The translations under genes were made by a program, and so were the position numbers. Positions 13,501-25,879 of a DNA stretch of 64,000 bases are shown piece after piece. The stretch is from Vicugna vicugna. Lineage: Eukaryota. The number at the start of each line of letters is the position of its first letter. Position 1 is the stretch's first letter. The stretch spans positions 1,514,917-1,578,916 of the forward strand of contig MU058418.1 in NCBI GenBank assembly GCA_013265495.1. Reading direction: 5' to 3'. The notes under the pieces are model-generated. The model saw nothing but the letters and a program-made list of their open reading frames with translations. It ran no database searches and was not told where the DNA came from.

Positions 13501-15074
13501 CCTAGCCTGAGCCCCCTCAGCAAGAGCATCCTCAGACTGCAGGGTGAGAGCGGAAATCTGGCCATGCCCCTGGGGGTCTGGGCAGGGGACAGGCCAGGAG
13601 GAAGGAGGGTGAGGCTCGTGAGAGCATCCTCTTATCAGCAAGGACTTGACAGTACACCTGGACACACATCATGGTTTTTAAAATTCTGTGGGTTTTGTTG
13701 TTCTGGGCCCTGCTCACTCCTACTTTTCCAAAGCACCTCCTGTAGACAAAGCTGGCTTGGGGACGGAAGGGGATGCAGCATTTTTCCTCAGGGTCCCCTG
13801 GGGAGAGGCCACACAATGCCACTTACACAGGTGCTCAATAAGAATTAGATGGAGAGGACACGCTGATTACTGCTAATGATGGGGTAAGTTAATAACAGCA
13901 AGACGCCTGTTTCCGGGCAAATCCTCCCAGTGTGATGCGACCTGTGGCTGATCTGCTTAGGAGGGTGGCTTTTCTTCCAGATGGCCACAGCCTTTGTGTC
14001 AGGGAAGGGCTTTCCTTCAAAGTCTGGTGCTCCCCAGTTGCAGTGCAGATTAGGGATCCGTTTTTTACTTGCTTCTGTTAAAAAAATAAACATTCTGGTC
14101 ACAAGAAAGGGAGCTTTTCAACCCTGAGAGTGTTCTGCATGTTTGAGTACATGACAAGACCCTCTGTTAGATAATTAGCAAGTGCTCCTGGCACTTGGGT
14201 GTTATTCCATGCTCCTGCCCCCAGCGCTGTTCTGAAAGCTCTGTTCTTAAAGATTAACTACCATTCATTTAGTAACTTTTGCTGTAGAGAAGGGAGGGGA
14301 GAAGTTGATAATATGAGTTGAGAGCAATTATTATATTTGGTATGTTTTTCTTCTGCAATACTCTTCCTCTGAGGAGTAAGCAGAGAGGTATTACTATCTA
14401 TTTGTCATTTTGTTTCCCTGATGTTGTGATTGCTGCTGTGGTTTTAACGAGTATGGGAAGGCAAACTATTTCTGGGCCTCTTTAAACAACAAATTCTGCA
14501 TGAATTCTGAAGAGGTCACTAAATGTAAATGATACAAAAGAACCTTTGGTATAGGTAATGAAGTGATGGAGAAAGAAAAGAGCCTAATTCCACTATATTG
14601 CAAAAGCAACATAGCACCTCATCACTGTCAAGTAGGCCCAGGCACAGAGAGAGAAACATCTTTATCTCTAGACAGTCACGAGTCCTGCTTCAAGGTGCTC
14701 AACATCTAGTGAAGGAAACAGATGAGTAGCTGTGAGACAAGGCACGTACATGACAAAAGTAAACCAAATGCAACAAGAGAGCTGAAGAAGCAAAGATTTA
14801 TCCTGGGGATGAGGCCTCTGAGCTGGACCTTGGGGATAAGGGGGATTTCAACAGGCAGGATGGTGGGATATCACATGTGAAACTCTGCAGCCTTAAAAAA
14901 AGAATACTCTGAGTTGATGTGAACAAAGAGAGGAAGCTGTCCAATATAGACAACATCAAAGGAGATCACCCAGCAATGTGTGCAGAATTAGAGTTAAAAA
15001 ATATATATATATATGCATAGTAGTTGAGCTTCTAAGCTCTAAGGGCAGACTGGATTAACACATCCACGTTCAGT

Positions 15075-15455
15075 GGATTGCGTTAGTGTTGAAAATATTT
15101 TCTGACCTTCCCTGGGGAAAGGTTGTTCTTTCCTGTTCATTGATACCAGGCTGGTCCTGTGATGTGCTTTGGCTAATGAAATGAGAGAAGTGAGGTATAC
15201 GCCTTCCAAGTAGACAACTTAAGGGCCATCATTTGCTTCTGCTGTGTTCTCTTTTCTCTGTATTTGGATAATCAGCTAAGTCCCACATAGAGGTGCTCCC
15301 TGGGCTTCAGTGTGTGTCCTGGAATGAAGACAACAGGGAGCAGGGCCGAAATGGCTCTTTAGTATAAGCAAGAAACAAACCTTTGTTAGTGTTGGCTACT
15401 GAGATGTTGAAGATGCTGTTACTTTAGCTTTACTCAGTCTGGATTGACTGATAGA
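15075..15455 (+). mobile_element. MaLR LTR (old MLT1 family) apparently interrupting a MIR
   Basis: tgtgatgtgctttggctaatgaaatgaga...agcaagaaacaaacctttgt...tgttactttagc...tgactgata. MIR-like sequence lies on both sides (15020-15070, 15460-15630). Confidence 0.7.
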
Positions 15456-16289
15456 CACCTCACAAACAATGGAATCTTATTTAACCTCTTTAAACTCAGT
15501 TTCCTTGTCTATAAAATGGGAATAATAATAGTATCTACCTTAAAGGATCATAGTGAGATTAAAACAAGTTCATTTTAAAGCACATTGCATGGCATCTAGC
15601 TCATAATAAGAATTTAGTGTTAGTTATCTTTAAATATGTACAGAAAAATGTGTGGAGAAATATACCCAACCTGTTAGCAACAGTTCTCTCTTCAATGTGC
15701 AATCACAGGTGACTTTCATTTTTTACTTCACTTATTACTTTAATCAAATTTTTTATAATGAGCACATATTATTTTAGTAATCATAAAAAATAGATATTCC
15801 CACTTTGGAGAAATGAACAATAGCACCCTGTACATTTTTCTGTCACAGTAATTATTGCACCAAACTTGGCTCCTTGAAGGAGAGGGCCTTGTACACCTCC
15901 CTGTGCTACCAGGGTCTAGCCTCCTGGGTGGCCCAAGATAGGATTCAACACACGTCTTCGCAGGTGTAGTTGATCACAGTTCCTTATCTGGATCGCTGGG
16001 GGAATGTTAGGTAATGATCTACTATTTCTGTTATAAGAAACATGAAAGAGTACTATATGGGGGATAAACTCAGAATACATGCATTCTGAGTTTCTCATAG
16101 ATGCATTGATTGGGCACTAGGAATATGAATTTGGAGATTAGAGCTGTAGATGTGAGGCTTATCCAGATAGAGGTGATTTAGTTGAAGGTGTGGGTGTAGA
16201 GTGTGAGCATGGGCTTTTGGGTTCAAGCTGGTCCTCACTACCCTCAATTGTCCCCATAAGAAGACCAAGTCCAAGTGTTTTTCAACAAC

Positions 16290-17830
16290 AATACTCATTC
16301 CACAATGATTTATTGAGCACTTATCACATATCAGGCACATGGTACAGGAGTGAACAAGAACTGTTCAAATGTCTCTGCCCTCAAGCAGTTTATGTTTTAT
16401 GGTGAGAGGTAGACAATAACCAATAGCACAACAAATAAGTAAAATATAGAGTGTATCCTATAGTGACGAAGAGAAGAAACATGGAAGGGGGAAGGGAATG
16501 CTGGGTGTTGCAATTTTCAACAGGGTAAGTCAGTTGGCCTTGCTGAGGACACAGCATTTGAGCCTAAGACCTTAAGGAGGGACCAGTAAACCGTGATTCC
16601 TCAGAGAGTCTAGATAGAGGAGACAGAAAGGACAGAGGCCTTGAGGTGGTAACAGTGTTTAGAGGAATAGCAAGGAGGTCAATGTGGCAGCATGAGTAAG
16701 GGATCAGTGGCACAAGAGTTCACAGAGATGATAAGAGGTAGAAAAGAGGGGATGGGCAGATCACGTAAGACCTCATCAGCAGACAATTGGAGGAAATTTG
16801 ACTTTTATTCTAAGTGACATGGAATGCCCCTGAAGTTTGATTAGAAAAGCAACATAATCTGACTTGTGTTTTAAACCAACCAGTCTGGTTCCTAGATTGG
16901 TAAGGATGGATGAAGTGGAAGGGTAGAAGCTAGGAGAACATTAAGGAAGTTATTGCAGTAATCGGTGATGGATGGCTCGGGCTGGAGTGGTGGTGGTAGA
17001 GATGAGAAGAGGTCAGATCATGGATATATTTTGCAAGTGCAGCCACCACAATATACTCATGGATTTGATGTGGCATATGAGAGCAAGAGGGGAATCAAGG
17101 ATAACTCCATGGTTTTGGCATTAGCAACAGGAGCGAGGGTGTTGCTGAGAGAGGAAGACTTCAAGATGGGCAGTTTGGGGTAGGAAGTTAGGAGTTCAGC
17201 TTTAGATATAATAACTTTGAGATGCCCTTGGATATCCAAGTAGAAATGTAGAGTCAGTGGTTGGAAATGTGAGCCTAGAGTTTAGGGGAGTGATCCAAGC
17301 TGAATATATACATGGGAGAATTCTCAGCAGATACTCGAGTAATATTTCGATTGTGAGTATGGATGACATCACCTAGGAAAAAGTTCAGAGAGAAAATGAG
17401 TCTGGGAATTGAGCTCTGGAGCCCCCTGCCCTTTGGAGCAGAAGGGAAAAAAATCTATTGGTAAAGGAGAATAAGTGAGTGGTCAGTGAGGGAGAGGAGA
17501 AACAGAGAGGAGGACCTGCTACAGCAGGGTCAAGGACAAGGAAGACTGAGAACCGTCCATTGGATTTAGCCAGGTGGAAGTCATAGGTGACCAGACCAGA
17601 GGATTGTGGTGGAGTGGGGCTCAGGGTGGGTGGAGACATGTGACTGAAGGAGGTTCAAAAGAGAATTCCAAGAGAGGAATAGGAGAACAGTTTCAGCAAC
17701 TGTTGGGAGGAATTTTGCTGCAAAGCAGAATAGGAGACTTGGAATGGTAGCTAGAGAGAAAGATGAGTTCAGGAAAGAATTGTCTTTCTTTTTTCTCTTT
17801 TTTAAGGTGGGAGAAATGGTAGTAATTCGT
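16290..17830 (-). mobile_element. LINE-2 (L2) 3' portion
   Basis: Begins cattccacaatgatttattgagcacttatcacatatcaggcac (L2 tail antisense), followed by purine-rich L2 body motifs such as ggagttcagctttagatatataactttgagatgcc and tggatttagccaggtggaagtcataggtgacc. Confidence 0.85.
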
Positions 17831-18083
17831 ATACCTCAAGCACCCAGCCCATCACACTTGTTCGATAAGCATTTGTTGAACTGAAATGAGCTGATCTAAG
17901 AGTAAGACATAAGCAAATATGAGTCATCCTTGACTGATGTCAAATAAGTGAAATGAGAAGAAATCCCTATGCTTCTTATAAGAGATTGATTATTTACATT
18001 TGGAGACTTGCTGCTGTGGGGATCCCTTTATGGTCTTCCTGTACAAGATACTGCTTTTTAAAAACAGAGTCAGGATCTTTTTT

Positions 18084-18088
18084 AAAAT

Positions 18089-18155
<67 letters not shown>

Positions 18156-18294
18156 TCTACTTACTTACTTACTTATAATTTTGGCAGGGGTAATTAGTTC
18201 ATTTCTTTATTTTTAATGGAGGTGCTGGGGATTGAACCCAGGACCTTGTGCATGCTGAGCATGGGATCTACCACTGAGGTATATCCTCCTCCCC
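18084..18294 (-). mobile_element. Camelid-type tRNA-derived SINE with (TTTA)n tail
   Basis: ggggattgaacccaggaccttgtgcatgctgagcatgggatctaccactgaggtatatcc contains A/B boxes on the minus strand. (TTTA)n at ~18088-18155; TSD TCAGGATCT at 18070-18078 and 18295-18303. Confidence 0.9.
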
Positions 18295-20631
18295 TCAGGA
18301 TCTATTTTTAAGTGGAAACTTTGGGTTGAAATTTCTTAAGTGCACACAAATATAGAGAAGAAAATAGAGATATTCCCACCAGACAGAATTAAGTACTGTG
18401 AACATTTGGGCATATTTATGTTCAGCCTTTTTATCCAGCACTCTGTTTTTAAACCTACACTGTACAATTATGTGCTGAAAAATATGACATGTGTCTGTGC
18501 TTGTGCACCCTGTGAACTCACATACATTCTTGCTCACACATCTGTGGCTTTTTGCTTGCTCTTCCTTGGAGTTTCTGAGTTGGAAGTGGCTACATTACAA
18601 ACTGCTGTGGCAATAATGGAAGAATGAAACCATGATTTTACATGTCACTGTACAGAATGTAGTATCCACATAACACATTTTTAAATATAAAAACTGTAAG
18701 TAATCCATGCCCACAAGAAAAAATTCTAAAACGACCCTTCTGGCCTACAGTCCTTCAGTTTTTCTCTCCAGACACAGCCAACATTGCCAGTTCCTTGTGA
18801 ACGTTTCCAGAAATGTTATTTGCATATGCAAACATATATTTTCTATTTTCCTACACAGATGGTAGCATACTGTGTATATGGTTTGGTTCTTAAGCACAGG
18901 GTTTTGAAAATTTTGGAAGTGCTTCTTAACAGTAAGATTTCTTTAAATTTCAGTTTGAGGTGTGATTGACATATAAAACCAGTAAGCTTTTTGAATGTGC
19001 AGATTAGCAACCATGCTCCCGCTTCTTGCCTGATCTCAGACAGTTAACTCGGAGTGGTTTGGGGATGGGCAGGGGGCGGTCAAAGAATGTCCCGCACTTG
19101 CACTTGGTGGACAGGTCCCTTCAAATCACAAACTCCCATGTCAACACCACACGGCTTGTTCTCACTCTCTCTGGTTGAATGTACTCACTTAAAAGCCAAC
19201 AAGAAAACCCCTCATATTTTTGGTTACTAAATCAAAGTCCTGCAGAATACAACAAAACCAAACAGAGGGAAATTTGGGGCTCAGCTTAAAATACAGCGGG
19301 GCAAGCCTGCACTTAATTGCTCGAATAACAATCAACTAAATTTAGCTGGAACCTTAAACACTGGTCAGCTCTAATGTCAACATCCGTCTCCCTCCTTGGA
19401 GAACTCTCCCCCATCTCTAAAGCTGGTAGAAAAGAAGGAACAACCCTGCTTGTCCAAAACGCTGACTTTGCAAAAACGACTTAGTCGATGGTGTGATTTA
19501 ATAGGCTGTAAAGGGTTTGATTTACAGCCGATCAACGGGCACATGATATGATTTGCTGCTGGGGAAGTACAGCGCACGGGGACCAAGATGATGCCAAACA
19601 GTGGAAAAGGTTAATTAACATTGTAAAGTTCATTTAAAATTTTGTTTAAGAAAACGAGAACAAACTAGAACTAGAAGTGGGTCTCATGGTCAAGACTGGC
19701 CTGAGGGAAACGAAAGGTGAGCAGAATGGGTCTGCTCCTCTAGCTCTCATGGGATCCTCCACGCACACCCTATCCCAGACCCCGGGGAAGGCTGCGAAGG
19801 ACAGGGAGCCCCCACACATGGGCTCCGTCTTGGCTTTACGGTGTGGTTAGCCTCAGTGTCCTGGTTTGTTCAAGTGACAGGGTTGAGTAGATGAATCCCC
19901 CAGGTCTGGAATTCTTGGAGCTTCATGCCTCCTACAACTAACTGCCTTGCAGCCCGGAGCTCTCCACACCTCCACCCTCACCCTCTCAAAACCCAAGTGT
20001 GGGGAAAACACAGGGGCCCTAGTGCCTCAAGATGAGACCACGTGTTGGAAAATATAACTTGCTAAGTGTATGGGGGGTTAGACTCCTCGCAGAGACAGCG
20101 TGCTGGGGGAACAAGGGAGGTCCCAGGGCGTGCACCGCGGTCAGGAGTGAGGGTTCCACAGTCTCATAGGCCTGCTTCAGTCCCCGCTTTTATACTGAGT
20201 GGTGGTGTGGCTTTAGGCCAGGGCTTTGACCACTGCCTAAGGTGGAGAAGGAGCCACACCTCATAGGATGTGGTGGTAGTCAGTGAGATTTTCAATAAAG
20301 CAAGCAGCTTCTTTTTGAGGCAGGAAAGCTAGCGTGTGGAGGAAAGGAAAGAAGTATCCTTTGCTGGCGAAGCAAGGGGTGGTAGGATCCCTCTCTAAGA
20401 ATTCTCACCTCGACCCCACCCTGTCCCTATGCAGCATGTGAACTGGGCATGAGCTCAGTTTCTGCTTTTTCTTAATTTTTATTAGTATTTTCAGTGACTG
20501 AAATGCCACCCTCTGATTTTGCCAGTGGTCATTTTAAAGAATAGCAAAATTTATGTTGCCTCAATTATCACATATCCTGGGGATGAAGTCAATTTATACA
20601 GTGATGAGTCGACATTAAAATAAAGGGGGTT

Positions 20632-20972
20632 GCTTCCTCTCTGGACTTGGATGCAGCAGGCAGAGATTTGGCTGAATGCACCAAGAAGGTTCGAATCGTT
20701 GTCAAACAGGGAACTGGTTATGGCACCTCTCTCAGGAAAATGGTGAAGAAATTTGAAATCAGACTGCATACCAAGTACACTTGCTCCTCCTGTGGCAAAA
20801 CTAAAATGAGGGATGAGCTGCTGAGGTTCTGCTGCTGTGGTGCCAGGACCAGCACCATCACCTCTGCTGTCTGTAAAGTCAGCTCTCAGATGAGTGGAGG
20901 CATGGAAGGACCTGTATACTCTCCCTTACTGGAAACATGGCTGGCTGTGATAAATGGGTGAATTTATGTAAC
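20632..20972 (+). pseudogene. RPL37A: Processed pseudogene of ribosomal protein L37a (eL43)
   Basis: Intronless. [38 protein letters not shown] matches RPL37A. The start codon is mutated to TTG (20668), with a frameshift and internal deletion after KTKM. Has a pyrimidine-rich 5' leader and a 3' UTR end ...ATAAATGGGTGAATTTATGTAAC like the parent mRNA. Confidence 0.93.
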
Positions 20973-23393
20973 CAGGCAAAGAAGGGCCATGTGAGCCAGC
21001 ACTGCTTCCTTGGGCAGATCCCAGGCACAGTGTATTCTGTCTTGGGTCCACTGAGGGTAACAGAGTGACTCCCCAGAGTCGGGATACCTTCCAAGTCCCT
21101 CTTCTGTCACAGACTCTCCACTTTCCAAGCTCCTTCCTCTCTCAATAACCTGCCCCTAGGTGAATGTCCAGTTGCCTGCAGCTACCTTTGGCTGTAGGGA
21201 AGATTAAGGTAACCAGCTTTTTCCCAGAAAGTGTTACCCTGCCAGGCTTACATTGCAAGGCTTACATTGCAAGCCTTCTGCCATTAGCTGAAATGAAAGG
21301 CTTTTTCCTCTCCTTAGGGGATTTCAGGTCTCCGTAAGTAAGGGAGGAGATGTTCCATTCTTAGGACAATGGCCCTGGGCCAGTTAGTGCTCCTGGAGCT
21401 GTCCCAGACCTGGTGGTTATCGGGTGGCCCTTAGGGAACCCTGGATAGTGAGCCAGAGCCTAAGAGTCCTCTGCTTCCTGAGGCCAGGGTAGTCCAGCAG
21501 GATGGAAAAGAGCTGATGAAAAGGGGGGATGTCAGGCCTCTCTTTGCCAGGCTGTAATGTTCACTTCCCTCCCTATAGACAGTCCCACTTTTTTTCTGTC
21601 TCCTCACATGTGTCCCCACTTTGCCTGCCTTTGACCCCGAGACTCCTGGATACATACATTATCATACAAGTGACAGCAATTCAGCTCATATTTAATGATT
21701 TCTTTGTACCAACCTTCCTGGCCTTATTTCCTATACCCTACCTCCCCTCTCTCCTTATTTTATTTTTCCCTCTACTAATAAAATGTCTGCCAAGTAAATG
21801 TCATTAGAAACCGTCCTTCTTGTTAATAGAGGCATTATTTTATAGGAAAGCCACGAGTCATTTTGGGGACATAAAACTCCGCATCAATAATATAACTAGA
21901 GCAGAAGAGTTGACTTGTGAATAAGAGCCCAAAAGAGAAATGAGAAACATTGTTTCCTTAACTCCAGAGACTGGAGAAGTAAAGGGAACAATTTAATTGG
22001 AGGGCCATTCCTGACGGGGAATTTGGTCATGTCAGGGAAGTCTGTAAGTCTGAGGGAAAATTTGGTAAAATCAAAGGGAGTTTTTTGTATAACAATACCA
22101 TTCAAATGTCTGCACTCTTTTTGGAGGTAGACCCAGGCAACTGAAATGAGGGCAGGCAGGTTAAAATGTCAGGTTGCTGAGCTACAGGGGACTGCCCTCC
22201 CAAACAGGCGGTTTGACTCTGGTTACTTCTCTCCATGACTCCAGTTATTTATGTACCTTGTAGAATCAAAGCAAGGCCATGTAACTCAAGAATAGACCAG
22301 TTTGCTATCAGTTTGCAGAAGTGTAGGTTGGGACTGATCCTTTTCATTCGACTTCTTTTTTAAAAAAACAGTTTTATGTTTTTGTCATAAGCCACCACAA
22401 AACCTAATCTGGAGGTGTGTATCGAAACAAAATGAAATAAAAATGTCCTTGCTGTCAGATGCTCCAGTTGCAAATTCTTCATGGCCCACACCTCACCTCT
22501 CTTAATTGCTAATTGAGGATAACCGACTCTACCCTGAATTCCAGGATCCCTATGGCAGGCCTCAGTGGACCTCACTGCTTCTTTCTCACTCTTCCCCACA
22601 TGGAAGCTACAACCTTTTTCTTCCATGAGGCCAGTGCCCATCTTGGCCCCCAAACCAGGCCCTCTCCTCTTCCGCATTCACAGTGGGTGGCCCTTGTCAT
22701 GGGATCTCTCTCATTTTGGCCTGTAATATATGTATTTACATATCTTTCTATTTCTCCTCTGACACCATCTCCCAACCCCCACATCATAGACTCTCAGAGG
22801 GCAAGAACTGGAGTTACTTATCTTTGCAATCCGTTGGGTGCTGAGAATAATGTCCTGAATGTAATTAACACTTGATAAATAAATGTTGCTTGGTGATGGG
22901 TCAGAACTTTTTTTATAAGGATATTATGAAGATCGTTGTACCAAAACCATTCATGGGATTTATCTGAGCCAGAGGGGATAGGAATTCCACAACCTATGAG
23001 GTCAGCACCACTTTTTAATTGACTCACTCTCAGAACAAAGCTTTCATAATTTTGGCAAACTGGAGGACAATACTTCTGCAAATTTAAAAATTTTCTCTAA
23101 TTTCAAACTTTCATAAAGTTAGAGAGAAGCTAGTTGACCCCTTTATAAACTTGGAGACAGAGACTGCATCAGAATTTTTAAAAAAAATGCTAGTAGAGCA
23201 ATTTGGTCTGAATAGAAAAGGGGAAAAAAAAGACGACGACAATTCAGTTTCGATGGGCACATTTAAAAATTGTTTTCCTACTTAAAACAAGGCTCATGGC
23301 TTGCTCAACAACTCAATTGACAAAGGGTATCAAACAGCTCTAGTTCTTCTTCCCAAATAATGATGCATACTCTGGCTATTAAAAGACAATCTA

Positions 23394-23596
23394 TATAGGA
23401 CAGGGAACTATATTCAATATCTTGTAGTAACCTATAATGAAAAAGAATATGAAAACAAATATATGTATGTATATGTATGACTGAACTATTATGCTGTACA
23501 CCAGTAATTGACACAACATTGTAAACTGACTATACATCAATTAAAAAAAAAGAAAAAATAAATTAAAAAAAAAAAGGAACATTTTCCCATGGGAAA
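23394..23596 (+). mobile_element. 5'-truncated young L1 3' end with poly(A) and TSD
   Basis: cagggaactatattcaatatcttgtagtaacctataatgaaaaagaatatgaaaac...gtaaactgactatacatcaattaaaaaaaa; same family as the 4871-5361 element. TSD AAAAGACAATCTA at 23381-23393 and 23597-23609. Confidence 0.9.
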
Positions 23597-25879
23597 AAAA
23601 GACAATCTAAAGAGGCCCTGCTTATTTACTTCCCCCACCTAAGTCCTAAAAAGAATGGAGTCAGCTTTTTACAAACACACACAATATAGCAAACTAAGAA
23701 CAAAGAAAGATAGGGCAAAGGAAAATAAAAGTGGAATAATAAGATAAAGACAAGGATAAAGTTAGGATATAGAAATCTATGTCAGAAATTCTTGAACTTT
23801 TGAGTTTGGATCTGAGTTTCCTGGGGACCCAAACAAAGAAGGGAACACAATTGACTACATGTCACAGTGTGTTTAAAATCAAAGCCTAGTTCCTTAGGGC
23901 CTGCGTGCCAGTTACTGCCCCCACCTCTCAGTGGTTTTCTTCATTTAGGTTAGTTAGTCTGGTGCCTGCCATGATGGGCCACGTGTCTCAAACTGTAAGC
24001 GGGCGCTCAGTTTAGATTGTGGACCAACTGTCTGTGAGCACAACACCCTTTCTTTTCAAGAGTCAACCCAATGAAGCTAGCTTTGTGAGAAAGATCAGAT
24101 GGAGAAAAACTCATTCTCCATGACAGCATCATATGCAGGGTTCTCAGCAGTGATCATAGTTATGAGGGTTGCCTCCAAAAAGACCTTAGAAAAGTCCAAA
24201 GAGGCAAAACAGTCTTTAATGTATTCTTGATAATTATCATCTTTCCTCTTAATGCCCGCTAGAAGCCATGGTATTCTCTGGTGCCTAAAGCCCCAGGCTG
24301 CTTTCCCCAGAGTCCTCTGCCATGTGCCCTGGCTCCACAATTGCCTTTCTCCCTTTTCCAAAGGGAAAGAAGAAGGATGGCACATTTCTCTGTTGGATAG
24401 CCATTAGGAGGAAAGCCACATAAGTAAAACAATTAATACAATGATGTGCATGACTGATATATATGCCACCCAGGAATAGATTGTATTTTTTCTAAGAGTG
24501 GCTTTTTAACCCACTTAAAACTTTAATTAACTTACTAGAAGGTTGATTGATTAATAGATTGTATGTGTAGAGCAGAGTTAGAGATTTTAAAACAGTGCCT
24601 TTAGTGACCATTTCATCATCCATCAAAGATGAAGGATTTAGCAACTTGACCTCCAACTACTAAAAATTTACTTCTGTTGCCCTAGTGATATGTGAAACAT
24701 ACTGGAGTCACTTAAGCAGTTCCCTCACCAAGCCTCAGTCTTCATTCATAAAGGGGATAACAATAGAATTTACTTTAGGGAATTTGAACATAAAAGTAAT
24801 AGGTTAGTATTTTCTCTTCCCTCTTTCCATATCACTCACCCTTCTTCCCTCCCTCATCCATTTGTCAGATGTAAACCTGATAAACAACTGCTTTCATGCT
24901 TGAAATTGTATGTCCTCAAAAGCACTTTTCTTCCCACCCTGCCTGAAGTTGCTCTGTTTCTGGACAGTGTACTGTGTCTACCCATGTATCATTCCTCTGC
25001 CCAACTTCCACATAAATCTTTCCTATTGCTGTTGTCTCATAATTAAGGCTATAAGTCTGATGGTTGGCTAGTTGTGCAAAGAGGTTAGATGTAGAGTACT
25101 CACTGCTTACCACCCAAGAGTTAGATGACCCATGCCCCATCTGCCCCAAACTGCTTTGTCCTATATAAGTTGCCAATGGGAGCAGAATTGTTGGCAGCAA
25201 TCATCAAGGGACAGCACCTTGTGGAGATATTTATAGATGTATATATATTCATTCTGCACAGTTTTCATATTGAGGCCCAAATTGTGCTTTACTTTGCCCT
25301 GTGGGTAGCTAGGTTCCAGATAAGAGCATCTGGGTAATTTTGAGCTTCTCAATAACAATTTCCAATATTTTGAATATATTTTAAAATAGTAGCAAATAGT
25401 GACAAAGTACTTTGGCTAGGCAGGCCTTCCCAAATAATAACTATGACGTTTGGAAAAAATTTTTAATAAAAATGACTATTAGAAAGTACTGAAGAATTAA
25501 CAAAAGTGGAGAGAAACCAAACAAGAATCTACCCTGGTGAGATATACTATTTGCAGCAGCTTTTTGCTTTTGATAACTTCCCAATCTCTGTGCAGGTTAA
25601 GGGCAGCAAAAATCCACAGTCTCACTGGGTTGAGGAATTAGGTAGCAGATTTTGGTGTGGGAGAAAAGGTTTAGAAAGTGAAGGAGACCTAGAGGCAGGG
25701 AATATCAAATTTGTAAAAAAACAAAAACAAAAAAAGAAAATCTTAGGCTGACCATTAGATAATGCACGTATGAAGCGATCCCAAGGCCCTGATGTAAAAA
25801 CAGCAGTTGCAAGCAAAACTAACAGCCTAAATTTCAGCTGTTGCCCACCACAAGGAAGATAAAGCTCAAAGTTTGAGTC

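Noticed and set aside
17953..18216. ORFs with FIYL repeats
   Set aside because: Translation of the SINE (TTTA)n tail.
21244..21271. 14-bp tandem duplication aggcttacattgca x2; similar ones at ~37039-37058 and ~48077-48104
   Set aside because: Ordinary slippage micro-duplications with no spacers; not CRISPR-like and no sign of function.
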